From: Paramecium tetraurelia
Lineage: Eukaryota
Length of the DNA stretch: 64,000 nucleotides
NCBI GenBank assembly: GCA_000165425.1
Contig: CT868074.1
Span: forward strand, 124,001-188,000
Direction of reading: 5' to 3'
Under the pieces are notes generated by a model, which worked only from the letters and a program-made list of their open reading frames with translations, had not been told where the DNA came from and did no database searches. This document shows positions 27,697 to 40,682 of the stretch, piece after piece. Position 1 is the first letter of the stretch, and every line of letters starts with the position of its first letter. The position numbers were made by a program, and so were the translations under genes.

Positions 27697-29503
27697 ATGC
27701 AAAACCATGGAATGGAGTTCCTGTTTATTAAAGGCAACACTAAATGTGCAGATTCCACTTAATTACAATCTGTTAGACAATATCATCCTAAATTAAACTC
27801 ACTCCGTATGAAAGGATTTTTATAATTCTTTGATCTTATGAATAAACAATAATAAGATCAACAATTAATGAAAACATGTTCTCAATGCACTCCACAACTA
27901 TTACCAACTGTCGTTTCTTATCCTCCGAGAATTGAAATACATAATAGAAAATCCAGTGAAACTAAATTAATAATTAAGAGAAATCTATTTGAAACCCTTC
28001 CAGATTCAAATTCATTAGATAAATGTAAAAAGGAATTAAGAGTAATCCCCTTGAAGTAATTTTAAGTCAAAAAAGCAACAACAAACAAAAATGAATTAAA
28101 TAAAGAAAATTAAGAAATTAATGATTTACCAGTCATGATAGCATTCACAAACAATATCAATGTTGTACCTCCAGAAAGAACCTTTTATAAAGCATTTATT
28201 ACTAAAGGAAACAATGGGACTTTAATTAGGTAATGTTTAAAATTGAGATCTTGGTGGATATTGATAGATCAACCTTGTGAAGATTTAAATTTGTATTGGA
28301 CACAATTAAGAAAATAATAAGAATATGATTCAGTTAAACGATATTAATTGGAAAATGTTTAATTTACAAAATAATAAAAAAAGTCTATTAAAGATAAAAT
28401 AAAATTTAATATTGAAGAATCAGAATTTTAGTTGTTTAATTAAAGTACCATTCTCAGAGTGCATAACCATTTATAATGCAATTTCTAAGTTTGTAATAAA
28501 AAGGCATTGTTTTATAATATGAAAAATTATTATCTTTCTCTTAATGAAGATCCATTTTAATATATTCCATTAACTTATCATGTTAAAACAGGTGTAAACG
28601 ATCCAGCCTTTATAGAGTTTGAAAACTTTGCAAAATCAAATAATAGTAATCTGTGGATAATCAAGCCAGGAGAATCATCAAATCGAGGAAATGGCATTTA
28701 AGTAGCCAATTCTATAGCTAAAGTTAAATAAATAATCTCTCAATAAAACCTTCATTTAAGCAATTCTAAAAAGACATTCATTATCTAAAAATATCTAGAA
28801 AAACCATTGTTATATAATAAGAGAAAATTTGATATTCGATGTTATATGCTTATGACAAGTGTAAATAATACATTTAAAGCTTATTGGTACAAAGAAGGAT
28901 ACATAAGGACAAGTTGTAAGGAATTTAACTTGGACGATGTTGATGATAAGTTTACTCATCTCACGAATGATGCAGTATAAAAGAAAAACCAAAATTATGG
29001 GAAATTTGAAACAGGAAACAAAGTAATTATATTACCTATTTGATTAGATTTCTTATAATGAATTTCAAAAGTATTTAAATGATCAACATAATTATAACTT
29101 CTAAATAATACTTGATCAATTAAAAAAACTCAGCATAGATATCGTGAAGGCCACTTATTAACACTTAAATCCAAATAAACTTTTCTATTCTTTTGAATTG
29201 TTTGGATTAGACTTTATGATTGATTCAGATATGAAACCGTGGTTGATTGAAGTCAACACAAATCCTTGTTTAGAAACCTGTTGTCCATTGCTGGCTCGTT
29301 TGATAACTCATTTAATAGAGAATACAGTAAGGATTGCTATTGATCCTATGTATCCCCCCCCACTTAGTAAGAAGAAGCATCTATAAGAATCAAAGAATTT
29401 AATGGAGCTGGTATTCTCGAGTACATTGATAAATGAAAAAACTTCTTAACCTATAATTAAAGAGGATGATGAAGAACACTCGGATGTTGATGAAGACGAT
29501 TGA
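27697..29503 (+). CDS. Tubulin-tyrosine ligase-like (TTLL) tubulin glycylase/glutamylase
   Basis: WIIKPGESSNRGNGI, IIQKYLEKPLLYNKRKFDIRCY, HLTNDAVQK, FELFGLDFMIDSDMKPWLIEVNTNP; intron at ~29023-29048. Confidence 0.95.
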
Positions 29504-29587
29504 TGATTATATTAAAACTTAATAACATTTTAATATTAACTCTATTTTACTATTGTAAGATTATATATTATTTAAAACAGGAAAAAG

Positions 29588-31016
29588 ATGATTAAAGGTA
29601 TAATTATTTTTTGATTAGTAAGAATATGTAGTTTTGGTTATATGGTGTTTCTATATTGCAATTGCCATTGTTTATTCAATAAGTAATAACCATTGATTAT
29701 TATATTCAGTTTATTTGAGTACAACCAGATTTAATGGGACTATTGAATTTCCATTGCTTAGTTGGACAATCGATTTTCTAGATCCAGAATGGAGAGTACT
29801 TTATCGCTATGTATAGGCACTGTTAATTTACTTGTTGAGTTATTTCTGTAAATATCGTTAATATTGAAAGTCTTAAGACATTTGTTTCAGAAATAAAGAA
29901 TGCCATTTTATATTTTTTCAGGAATAATATTTGGAGGATACTTAAGTAGATTTGGATTTGCTATTAATCTCATCTTAATGTTTGCTAATTTCATATTTGT
30001 AAAGTTATGCAAGTAATCGGCTTAATTTCTAAAAATACATTGGATTTTGCATTTGATCATCATTTACCTAATTAATATATTGAATGGTTTGAATAACATA
30101 TGGGGTGACAGTGGAAAAGAATTCAATCAAGCTGCTCCAATCCCTTGGTAGCACATCTATGTTTGGAATCTGCTTCGGATGACAAGTTACAATGTGGAAG
30201 TATAGGAAATTAAGCTAATAGAATATCTGGCTTATCTTCTTTATCCACCTCTCTACTACTCAGGACCACTGATCTAATTCACTGATTGGTAAACCCAGAT
30301 TAGGATGAATTTATCAGTTTACAAAAAACATAAGTATATAATGAGTGGTATTATCTTGTTGGCACTTCAAATTCTAACATAATGTTATGCAGTAGCTAAT
30401 CACAAAGAGAATGAATGGTTATGGAAAAAATAGATAACAACACTTTCTGGCATTTCATTCTTTGTAACATCAGCAATTCAAATCTATTTGAAATTTATAT
30501 TTTTGTGGGCTTTATAAGAATGTTGGGCAAGTTATGATGATGTAGATATTCAAACTAACAATCCAAAAAATATGTTTTTGGTCAATTCAGCTTAATCATT
30601 TGAGAAATACTTTTGTGCTACTTACTAAAATTTTATAATTAAATATGTCAAAGATGTTTTCTCTTAGAATGTTTATTTGAATTTGCTACTTATTTATAGT
30701 ATAACCATAATACTTGTGAATTCTGATACTAAAACTATTTGGTTTTATGTGACTTTATTCTTGCTTCACTTATTTGAAGATAAAATATAAATTTAAAATA
30801 AATTATTTGCCATCACAATACGATCTATCTCATAATGTGTAATCTTATTAGAAATAATCGCTATGTACACATCAGATATCGATATAATATGGATCTATGT
30901 TAAACAAAAAAATTTATGTATCAATTTAATGAATATAAAAAGACTGGATTCCATTATTCTTTGGAACATGCTTATTAACATAGATATATCTTTCAATAAC
31001 AAAATAAATTTCATGA
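29588..31016 (+). CDS. GUP1/HHAT-like MBOAT-family membrane protein, divergent
   Basis: DFLDPEWRVL, FRMTSYN, EYLAYLLYPPLYYSGPLIQFTDW, IYLKFIFLW; many TM segments; three tiny introns. Confidence 0.75.
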
Positions 31017-31719
31017 TAATTATTCAAACTGTTTATATTTTATTATTTAAACACTATTAAACAACAATTTCAAAAACTCCCAACTTTCTCTTTTAGATTC
31101 TAACAAATATTACATTTTTAATTTTATTATTTGGATATAACTTTCTTTCAAATTATTCATTATTTAGAATGAAATCATTTCGCCATTAAGATTGGCAAAA
31201 CAAAAGTCGTTATTCTAAGTAATATCAAGACTTTATATGGGATAGATTCATTTTTATAAATAGTGTAATTCATTTCCATTAATTACTTATATGGATGTAT
31301 TCATTTTCATATATATTAGGTTTTAATATATGGAATTCAAAATGCATATACTTAATTATCATAAGATTTTTGCCATTTCATCAGTAAAATTAATAAACAT
31401 GGCTCTATTTCTGTATCTTCTCAGTTAATATACATTGGTATTTTAAAAGAAATTTTACTTACCTTCAATGTATTTTAGAAGAGTTTTGGCAGATTTTAGA
31501 TTTAGTTTGATTTGGTCTTGATTTTATAAATTGATTAGCATTGATAATATTTAATTTCTCTAACTTTACAAGATATTCTATTCTAATTTATGATAACGTT
31601 TTTGTTAATGAATTCTGAAACTGATCATTATGGAATAGATCAATCAGAAGCAGGAAAAACCAAATCAGAATGTATAAAAATTTATCTTACTTATAAATAA
31701 AAATATGATAATAATATTA

Positions 31720-32850
<1,131 letters not shown>

Positions 32851-32999
32851 TGAAATATAATGAATTTAAAAATATTAAGAATTATATTTCAAAATAAGTA
32901 ATTATTTCATGTGAGGGAAACTAGAATATCCGCTCTGGCAAAGAAGTATCCATATTATAAGCTTTCAGATTTTTCTTATTAAAAAGATGCATAAAACAA

Positions 33000-33548
33000 T
33001 TTAATCAATATTAAATTTTGAGCATTTATAAATAAACAAACATTCCATTTGCATCGTTATTAATTTATACTGTCTTCTTTCTTAAAATACGGGTTTCATT
33101 TTAATCAATCACGAGTTATTTTTTAAGACTACAGACTCTGTATTGTTATCATTTACAGATGAAATGACGTTATAGAATTGTCAACCTTAAAATCGTTTGA
33201 TATTTAACAAAAAATAAAATGAGTGATTCAAAATTAACTAGCTGAGATACTATGTTGATAATTTTCTTTTTGAACTTTTCGATAAGACCTTTGGTATTAA
33301 TGTTAATTACTCTTCCTTTAATTTGCCATCCATTGATAATGATGAAGGATCTAAGTAATCCTAATTGTAATATTCATATTGATTATCAATGACTTATTCA
33401 TTAGGGCAGTATGGATCATCTAAAATTTGAATACTTCATTAACTACCTAAAAAATTGTTCTGCTATAAATTATGTATCACTCCTCTCAGCATAGTCTATA
33501 AAATATAATAATAAATACATCTTATGCCTAATTTCCATCAGTTGCCAT
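33000..33548 (-). pseudogene. Small gene or pseudogene, unknown family
   Basis: ATG at 33548 (MATDGNQAQD) followed by a GT..AG intron; downstream frames are broken. Confidence 0.3.
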
Positions 33549-33599
33549 TTTTTTCTAATTAAAATTAAAATTAGAATTAGATACATATCCAATAATTTT

Positions 33600-35430
33600 T
33601 TTATACAATTAGTAGATATTAATATATTATGTAATTTTATGATAGTCTTGGCTTATTCCTTAGTGACAAATCTATTTTATAATATGAGAAAGGAGTTTCA
33701 TTTTAGTTGGCTAGTTTGATGATAATTTCATCAAATTTCTCTATAAAAGGGCGAAGTGGAGTTTGATTATTTTTATGAATTAAATTTTGATTTTTATTAT
33801 TATTCCTTTTAAGATGACTTGAATAAATTTTTCGTTAATAGAATATTATATCATTCTATTAATTTTTCAAAAAATATTCTATTTTCATTATTTACTCTTC
33901 CAATTCAACAATTATGAATATAAGATATACATTCTCGCATAATTTACAATATCTGTAGTCATAAATCCAATAAAATTGTATTATACTTTATTAAATTTTC
34001 TTTTATCCTTTAGTCTAAGGAGTAGTAGCCTCCTGAGTTCATTTAGTAAACTTTTTGACGCTACTTAATTTATTTAAAGTTCTAAATATCAACTTTAAGA
34101 AAAAATAAAACAAACCTCAAATAAGTATTTAGATTGCCAATTATAACAAATAAGTATCAAGTGAGATAATTATTTGCATTACTGTTGTATTGCAAAATTG
34201 CAAAAAACCTTTCATAAATTATTTTTATATATAATTGATTAAATTGGGGATATATACTCTATATAGGGTTCCCTTCTTCAATTATTCTTACTTTATTAAC
34301 AAAAGTATGCCTTAATTAAAGTTGAAACAAAATCACGTTTTATTTGACTTAGGCATCGTTGCTAGAAAAGAGAAGGAAAAAATAACAGATAACTTTTGTT
34401 TTTAAATTAATTTAATATAAATGGGTGAGGTTTGTTTACAAAAAGAATTCAGTAAACTTTCTTGAAATATTTGATGTATAACAAGATCTATTACATTCCT
34501 GATTTATCAATACTGATGAATTTTAATTATAAAATACAACATCTTCTAGGATAAACCTTCAATTTTTGTAATAATGATTTGGAAATAGTATATTAAGTTG
34601 ATATATTGCGCTTATATTTAGATGGTATTTCTGATTAACATATATATTAAGATCTTTGATTATAGAACGAAAAATGAGAAAAACTAAATAAATATGGTTA
34701 ATACATTACTTAGCTTTAATTTGTAAGATAACTAAATATAATTTAAAAATTTACAAAGATAAGATGAATACATCAGTTCAAACGATATTATAAATTATTT
34801 CAAAGGAACAAATGTATTAGGAATAATAATGAATTTTAATAAATCAAGAATTATTTTGACACAATCTATAGTATAATAATCAAATGGAAATTATATTTCA
34901 CTTTATATAAGGAATTAAAAAAATTATTTTAGTGTTTTGTTAATATATTTTGTTTCTAGAATATTTTAGTTTTTCTTTTGGAGAATTTTTCATTTTGTAA
35001 AACAATAATATTTATGAATACAATTATTATTATACTCTCTTTACTATAATTTATGTAAGCATAATAAATTTCACATGGGATGCATTATTTGTCGGATAAA
35101 TTTTTTGGCAAACTTGATACAAATGTCTATTACTATTATTAAGTCAAAAATGAAAATCCAAATTATTGCGTATCCTTCAATTATTAGTGCTTATTTTTGA
35201 ATAATTTATTATTCAATAATTATGTTGATCATACATACGATAAATTAAAACCTACAATTATAAAAAATGTATTGAATAATTATTATTTTAAAGGTTTACG
35301 AATTTGTGGAATTTTTATAGCAGAACAAAAAAGCATATTTTCGAGATTCTTCGAGAAGAGAACTTGAAAAAAGTTTTGAAAAATATTATTAAATTTGAAT
35401 AATGAATTAGTTTTAAAACAAATCAAAAAA
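33600..35430. pseudogene. Highly eroded coding remnants
   Basis: About 1.8 kb with no intact ORF in an otherwise compact genome; scattered coding-like pieces such as CKHNKFHMGCIIC near 35055. Confidence 0.2.
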
Positions 35431-35442
35431 TATGAATGAATA

Positions 35443-36796
35443 TCACTAATTAGCAGCATTCTATTATAAATAATTATTTAATAGATCTTAATTATCGTCA
35501 ACTAATGCCAAATTTTCAACATTGAAAAATTTTCTACCATGTAAAGGATAAAACATAGTCCATATTTAAGGAATATCCACCTTCCATTCTAGTTGAGTAA
35601 GCGGAAAATAAAGGGTTCTTGGTCTAGATATTTTTGGAGTATAGAATGAAGCTTCATTCCACTCTTGTATAGCTGGTATTTCATAAAAATGCAAAAAACC
35701 AAGAACAGTTGCAATACTAAGGAGCCATAAAATATTTACAAAATGATAATAAAATGCAAAACCTATTATAATAAATAAATATCAGTACTTGTGCCTTCCA
35801 TATATATGAAAAATAGTATATAATAAGAAACTAAATATTTTGGTGCAAATGCTAAAGTAGATCTAGTCCTGAAGAAAAAATTACTCATAATCTCATTAAA
35901 TAAAATCAATCTATTTTTAATGAATTTTTTACAATAACAGATTTTTCTACGATTGGATTGTTGCTTGGTTATAATAGATGTAAGTTAACAGTGTTCTAGA
36001 TTAATATACCTAAAAAAATACAAAAAATAACAATAGGTAACTTATCTTTAGCATATGAGAAGTTTTATTATTATTAATCAATATTCTTTGATATAATCTA
36101 TACCATCCTGCATTCAATAGAATGGGAATTCCAAATTAAAGGATTTTAATAATCAAACTAGCTATACATGTTTAACAAAACAAATAGATTGTGCATTTTA
36201 TCATAAAAGCGAAAACTTTAAAGATTTTTTCAGAAACCCGATTTGTTTCCTCTTCAACTTCCAATTTATTCATCCAAATTAAAACCTTATTGTTCTCAAT
36301 TTCTAATATATAATGGGTCTCATTCACATTCCTTAACTTTTATATTAAGTCATTTAAAAAGAGAATCTCAATATTTGGTTAAGTTAAAATCAAATTTTCA
36401 ACCCAATTTTTGGCATAACATTCCTTGTTTAATTTATACTCTTCTATAGAGACATTATGTTTTTTCAGAATTTCTTCAGGCAAACTATAAATTGCTGATT
36501 ATTTCGTATATTTGTAAGATTAGTAAATTTCATCTTAATCATAAATATATATTTTGAATAAGGTTTCATTTTTGAATTAGTTTTCATTCATAAATTCTAT
36601 TTAAAGGAAAATAAATACCAATATTATTTGTGCATGATTGTTTTGATATTTAAATTAAATTGAGCACAATGAAATATATCAAATAGAAAAAAATTGAAAT
36701 GGACGATGTCTTAAATAAAATGCTAACGATTTGCTTGCTTTTTGAAAATGATAACAATGACTTATGTACTCTGAACAATAAACATTCTAAATCCAT
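35443..36796 (-). CDS. Membralin (TMEM259)-like ER membrane protein, copy B
   Basis: MDLECLLFRVHKSLLSF...; C-terminal LGFLHFYEIPAIQEWNEASFYTPKISRPRTLYFP...WTMFYPLHGR; the FEIPA-type motif after the last TM recalls membralin. Confidence 0.6.
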
Positions 36797-36944
36797 CCCC
36801 ATCAACCATAATATAACATTAATAATAATCATTAAATCTGATTTATCAAATTTATTCCTGATTCAAGTGCTGAATTTCTTAATTTTAATGTACAACCTAA
36901 ACTTAAACTTATTGAATTTGATTTAGTCTCCACCACTACTATTA

Positions 36945-38554
36945 TCAAAATTATTGTTATTGTTATTATTATTGCTATTATTATTCTTATTATTCTTCTT
37001 ATTATTATTGCTATTAGTCAATCTTTTAAATATTATTATTTTAAGGTATCTGAATTTATTAATTTATTTCAATTTAGACTTCTTAATCTTATGGAATTTC
37101 TAAACCTTATTAAATCTCTTATTGTAGAATATGATTTAATAACGGGAAATCTTAATCCACCAAAGCCAGATTCTACACTGTAAAATATCTAAACTTATTC
37201 AATATAGCTACCTTCTTCCATAAAGTGGATAAAACATTGACCATAGTTAAGGAGTGTCATTAACCCAGCTCATTGGAAATAAAGGTACATAATAGGCTCT
37301 TGGTCTGTTAATTGTGGGTGTATATGGAGATCTCTCAGACCAATTTAAAGCAGGTATCTCAAATTTATTAATAAAATAACAAAACACTCCCAATTAGCCA
37401 AATAAACTAATGTATTGAGCCAGCTGATAGTGTCCAAATAAAGTAGAGCTCACATAATAGTAAAGAAAAAATCTGATGATGAAGCAATACTTAGGAACAA
37501 AATATAAAGAAGATCTTGTTCTAAGAAAGTGTAAACTAAAATATTCGAAAGAAAACGCATGCCTAAAAATGTTTTATTATTATACTGGGTTATTTTATCT
37601 ATTAAATAAATTGAATGTTGTTTCTTGAATAATAGTAAATTTACTTAAGCCCAAGTCAAACCAAATATCAGCAAAAACATATAAAGAGTTTATAAAAAGG
37701 AGTCAATAATTTGATTTTTCAATTTATTGTTGCTTGTTAAGATATTAAAATAATGATAAATCCAAGGATAGCTTCTTGCCAATATCTGCAATTCTTAATG
37801 ATTCCTGCAAAATATTAACCCAACTATAATCATAACTTCAAAATAATACTGATAATTAAGGAAAACACAGGCATATAAATAAATAACATTTTGAAATAAA
37901 TAGAAGCTGTTATACATTAAAAAAACAATCCTATAGTGCATTTACATATCCTCACAATTGTATTGTATATTATTTCCGAATATGTATTTGCATAATACTC
38001 TATTTTAATTTAAAAATATATACCTTCAAAGTAAGCCTTTTCCCAAATATAAGAAACGTTAGTTTACATATCCACTATCTATATCGAAGATCTATTCAGC
38101 TGTTGAATTAGATCGATCAAAAAAAAACACTCAATATTTGTTGTATATTATAAAATAGAATTCAAACCACTCCAATATTTATCTCCATCTATCATTATAG
38201 TTTTTTAAGAAAAATTGTATTTATTTAAAAACTCATCTTGCAATTGCAAAAGACTCTATGACTAAGCATATTTGAAAATCTAATTGAGATTTTCATTATT
38301 AGAATTTGTAATGTTAAATTTGTACACAGTTTCATTATCAAAGTTAACTATCATCAATAACTAAGTGTACTTAAGTCTGTTTTGAGCTAAATTAACCCTA
38401 TCGTATACTAGTTTATGTGTAGCATTAATAAAGCACATAAACCTAAAATACTTAAAATTGGGAATATGAACGAACCCAATTTAACAAAAAATCTCACTAA
38501 AGTAAATGATAAAAAGAAGGAATGTGTTTGATAAATTTATTTCTCAAATTCCAT
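36945..38554 (-). CDS. Membralin (TMEM259)-like ER membrane protein, copy A, with poly-Gln tail
   Basis: MEFEKQIYQTHSFFLSF...; LGVFCYFINKFEIPALNWSERSPYTPTINRPRAYYVP...WSMFYPLYGRR; ends DQQQQQQEEQQEQQQQQQQQQQQF*. Confidence 0.65.
36951..37016 (-). repeat. Poly-Gln coding trinucleotide tract (TAA/TAG/CAA/GAA mix)
   Basis: On the plus strand this is an imperfect (TTA/TTG/CTA/TTC)n repeat; it is in frame with membralin-like copy A. Confidence 0.85.
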
Positions 38555-38708
38555 CTTTTATTAATTAAAATTAAAATATATATAAATACATAGGTAATTA
38601 TAATTTGATTTAATTTCTTTTTTGCTCTGGATTAAGAATCTGCTATTAGTAATTCATATTAATTGATTATCAAATTTTACATTTACATTATTAATCTAAG
38701 TTATTAAA

Positions 38709-40595
38709 ATGATTAGTTTGCCTTTCCATAAATGGAAACTGAATTTTTATGATCCTGACTTTGAAGCCGAGTTTGAAGCTCATTAAAACAAAATAAGGCT
38801 TATCTCATTTCAAATGTTAAACTTGTTGGTATCTATAGCAGCTCTTATTTGTTTGATAACGTTTGTCATTCAATAACAGCCAATTTAACTAATACTAATT
38901 ATGATTGGTGTCGTAGGAGGCTGTTTTTTCATGCTTTTAATAGGCAAGAAATTAGAGCCTTATCTACGGTAAATATTCTCATTTTATTTTGTTTGGAGCC
39001 AATCTACGAATATTTTAGTTGCCCTTAGTGGATTAGATATGTACTCCTTAATATTATTTTAGCCCTTTGTTTATATTCGGATTTAATACCTGTTGTTTTG
39101 CTATTGGTACTATGCAATACAGCGACAACAGATTAAAAATAGTTTATACCATAGTTACTCCTTTTGTACTGCTAGGGGTTTTTGATAATTATAAAGCGGG
39201 CCAAATGCATTTTATATTTTAAACAATAGCTTGTGTTGTTTGTATTGGGATATGGACATACATGCAGGAATATACAGCACGTTTAGCATTTTCACTGAAT
39301 TTAATCGCTAATAAATAAAAGTAAATTCAATCTTCATTTTAAGGGAGATCGTCAATCAATTTGTAAACGATGCTATGTTTGCTATCAGCGTAGATCCTAG
39401 AACAAGATAAATTATTTTAGAATTTTAAAACAAAAAGTTTGAAGAAAGCATGAATATCAAAGAAACAGAATAGATGAAGAATTTCCTTCGGTCTTCTTAT
39501 ATAGTAATAAAGAGCCAAGAGAGTCAGAAAAAGTTAGTAGAAAAAGGAGGTTAAAAAGGAATAAAATTAGAAGAGTTTTTATTTAAGAAAATAAAATCTG
39601 TTTTTTAGCCTATTTAATAGGATGTTGAAAATGAAGTTTAAATAATGTATCATAATTTAATAACTGATTAAATGATGGGAATGAAAATTCAGATAATGCA
39701 AATGAATTTTGGTAAGCCTATCTTAATTGGAATAATAAAATCTGAATAGGTAGAAAATTTAATCGGAGAGCATTAAAAATAAATAAAAGAACATTAATAA
39801 TTAATTCTTAATTTTTCAAGTTAAATCGTACAATAATAAGAAAATTTATACAAAGAAATAAAAAAAACTAAATAAGTAAATTTTCAAGAATATGAATAGA
39901 CAATGAGCTTAAAGTGTTTAAATTTATCAATAATAAATTACATTAGGAATTATATATTTTATTTTCAAAGAAATAAAATCTCTACTTAATTATAAACTTA
40001 TGAAAGGTTTCAAATTTATGAATACTTAAATACTATTTAAAAATACTTTCGGACTCTCGCTTGCTATTATAAATTGAGTTTTAATATTTATAACTAAGTT
40101 GATAAAAATTGTCAAATAAACATCAACACCAAATATTTAACCTAGATCTTGATTAATGTCTTTGAACTGATTGCAAAATAATCCCTCTATATCAATAATG
40201 TCACTCTAAAAATACTGGAAGAATTTACTTAATATGATCAAGTTCTAGAAACAAGAAGGAGAGTTGAGGATTCACAAAATGGTTCAAAGTAAATAATAGC
40301 TTTTAAATTAATTTAATTTTAATTCAACGTTGATAGCTCATAATAGCTATCCTTATCATATATCAATAATTTATAGATTAAAAAAGAAATTGAATGTGAT
40401 GAAAACTATATCATTCAAGAAGTTACAACTTGTTTACTTGATTGTCTCGGTCCAATCAATACAATACAAATAGATGAAAGTGAAAAATTAGAAAGTGGTA
40501 ATTATAGGAATAGGTTTTCTTTCAAAATATATTCTGATTAATCTTAATTAGAACCATCTTATTTGAAGGCAATCGATAAACCAATCGTTATTTGA
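38709..40595 (+). CDS. Multi-TM protein with a degenerate histidine-kinase-like C-terminal region
   Basis: N-terminal KWKLNFYDPDFEAEFE, then about 5-6 TM helices and a coiled coil; N-box-like LTQILINVFELIAK and terminal RFSFKIY; two tiny introns. Confidence 0.7.
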
Positions 40596-40682
40596 ATTTT
40601 TTGTATGTATTAAATACAATTTTTTCGAAATTATTTAAAATAATTAAAAATAATAATATCATTTATTATAAAACCATATTCT

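Noticed and set aside
35443..38554. A single two-domain membralin fusion via TGA readthrough
   Set aside because: Copy A ends at a TGA after its poly-Q tail, and copy B has its own ATG with a homologous N-terminus, so two separate genes is the simpler reading.
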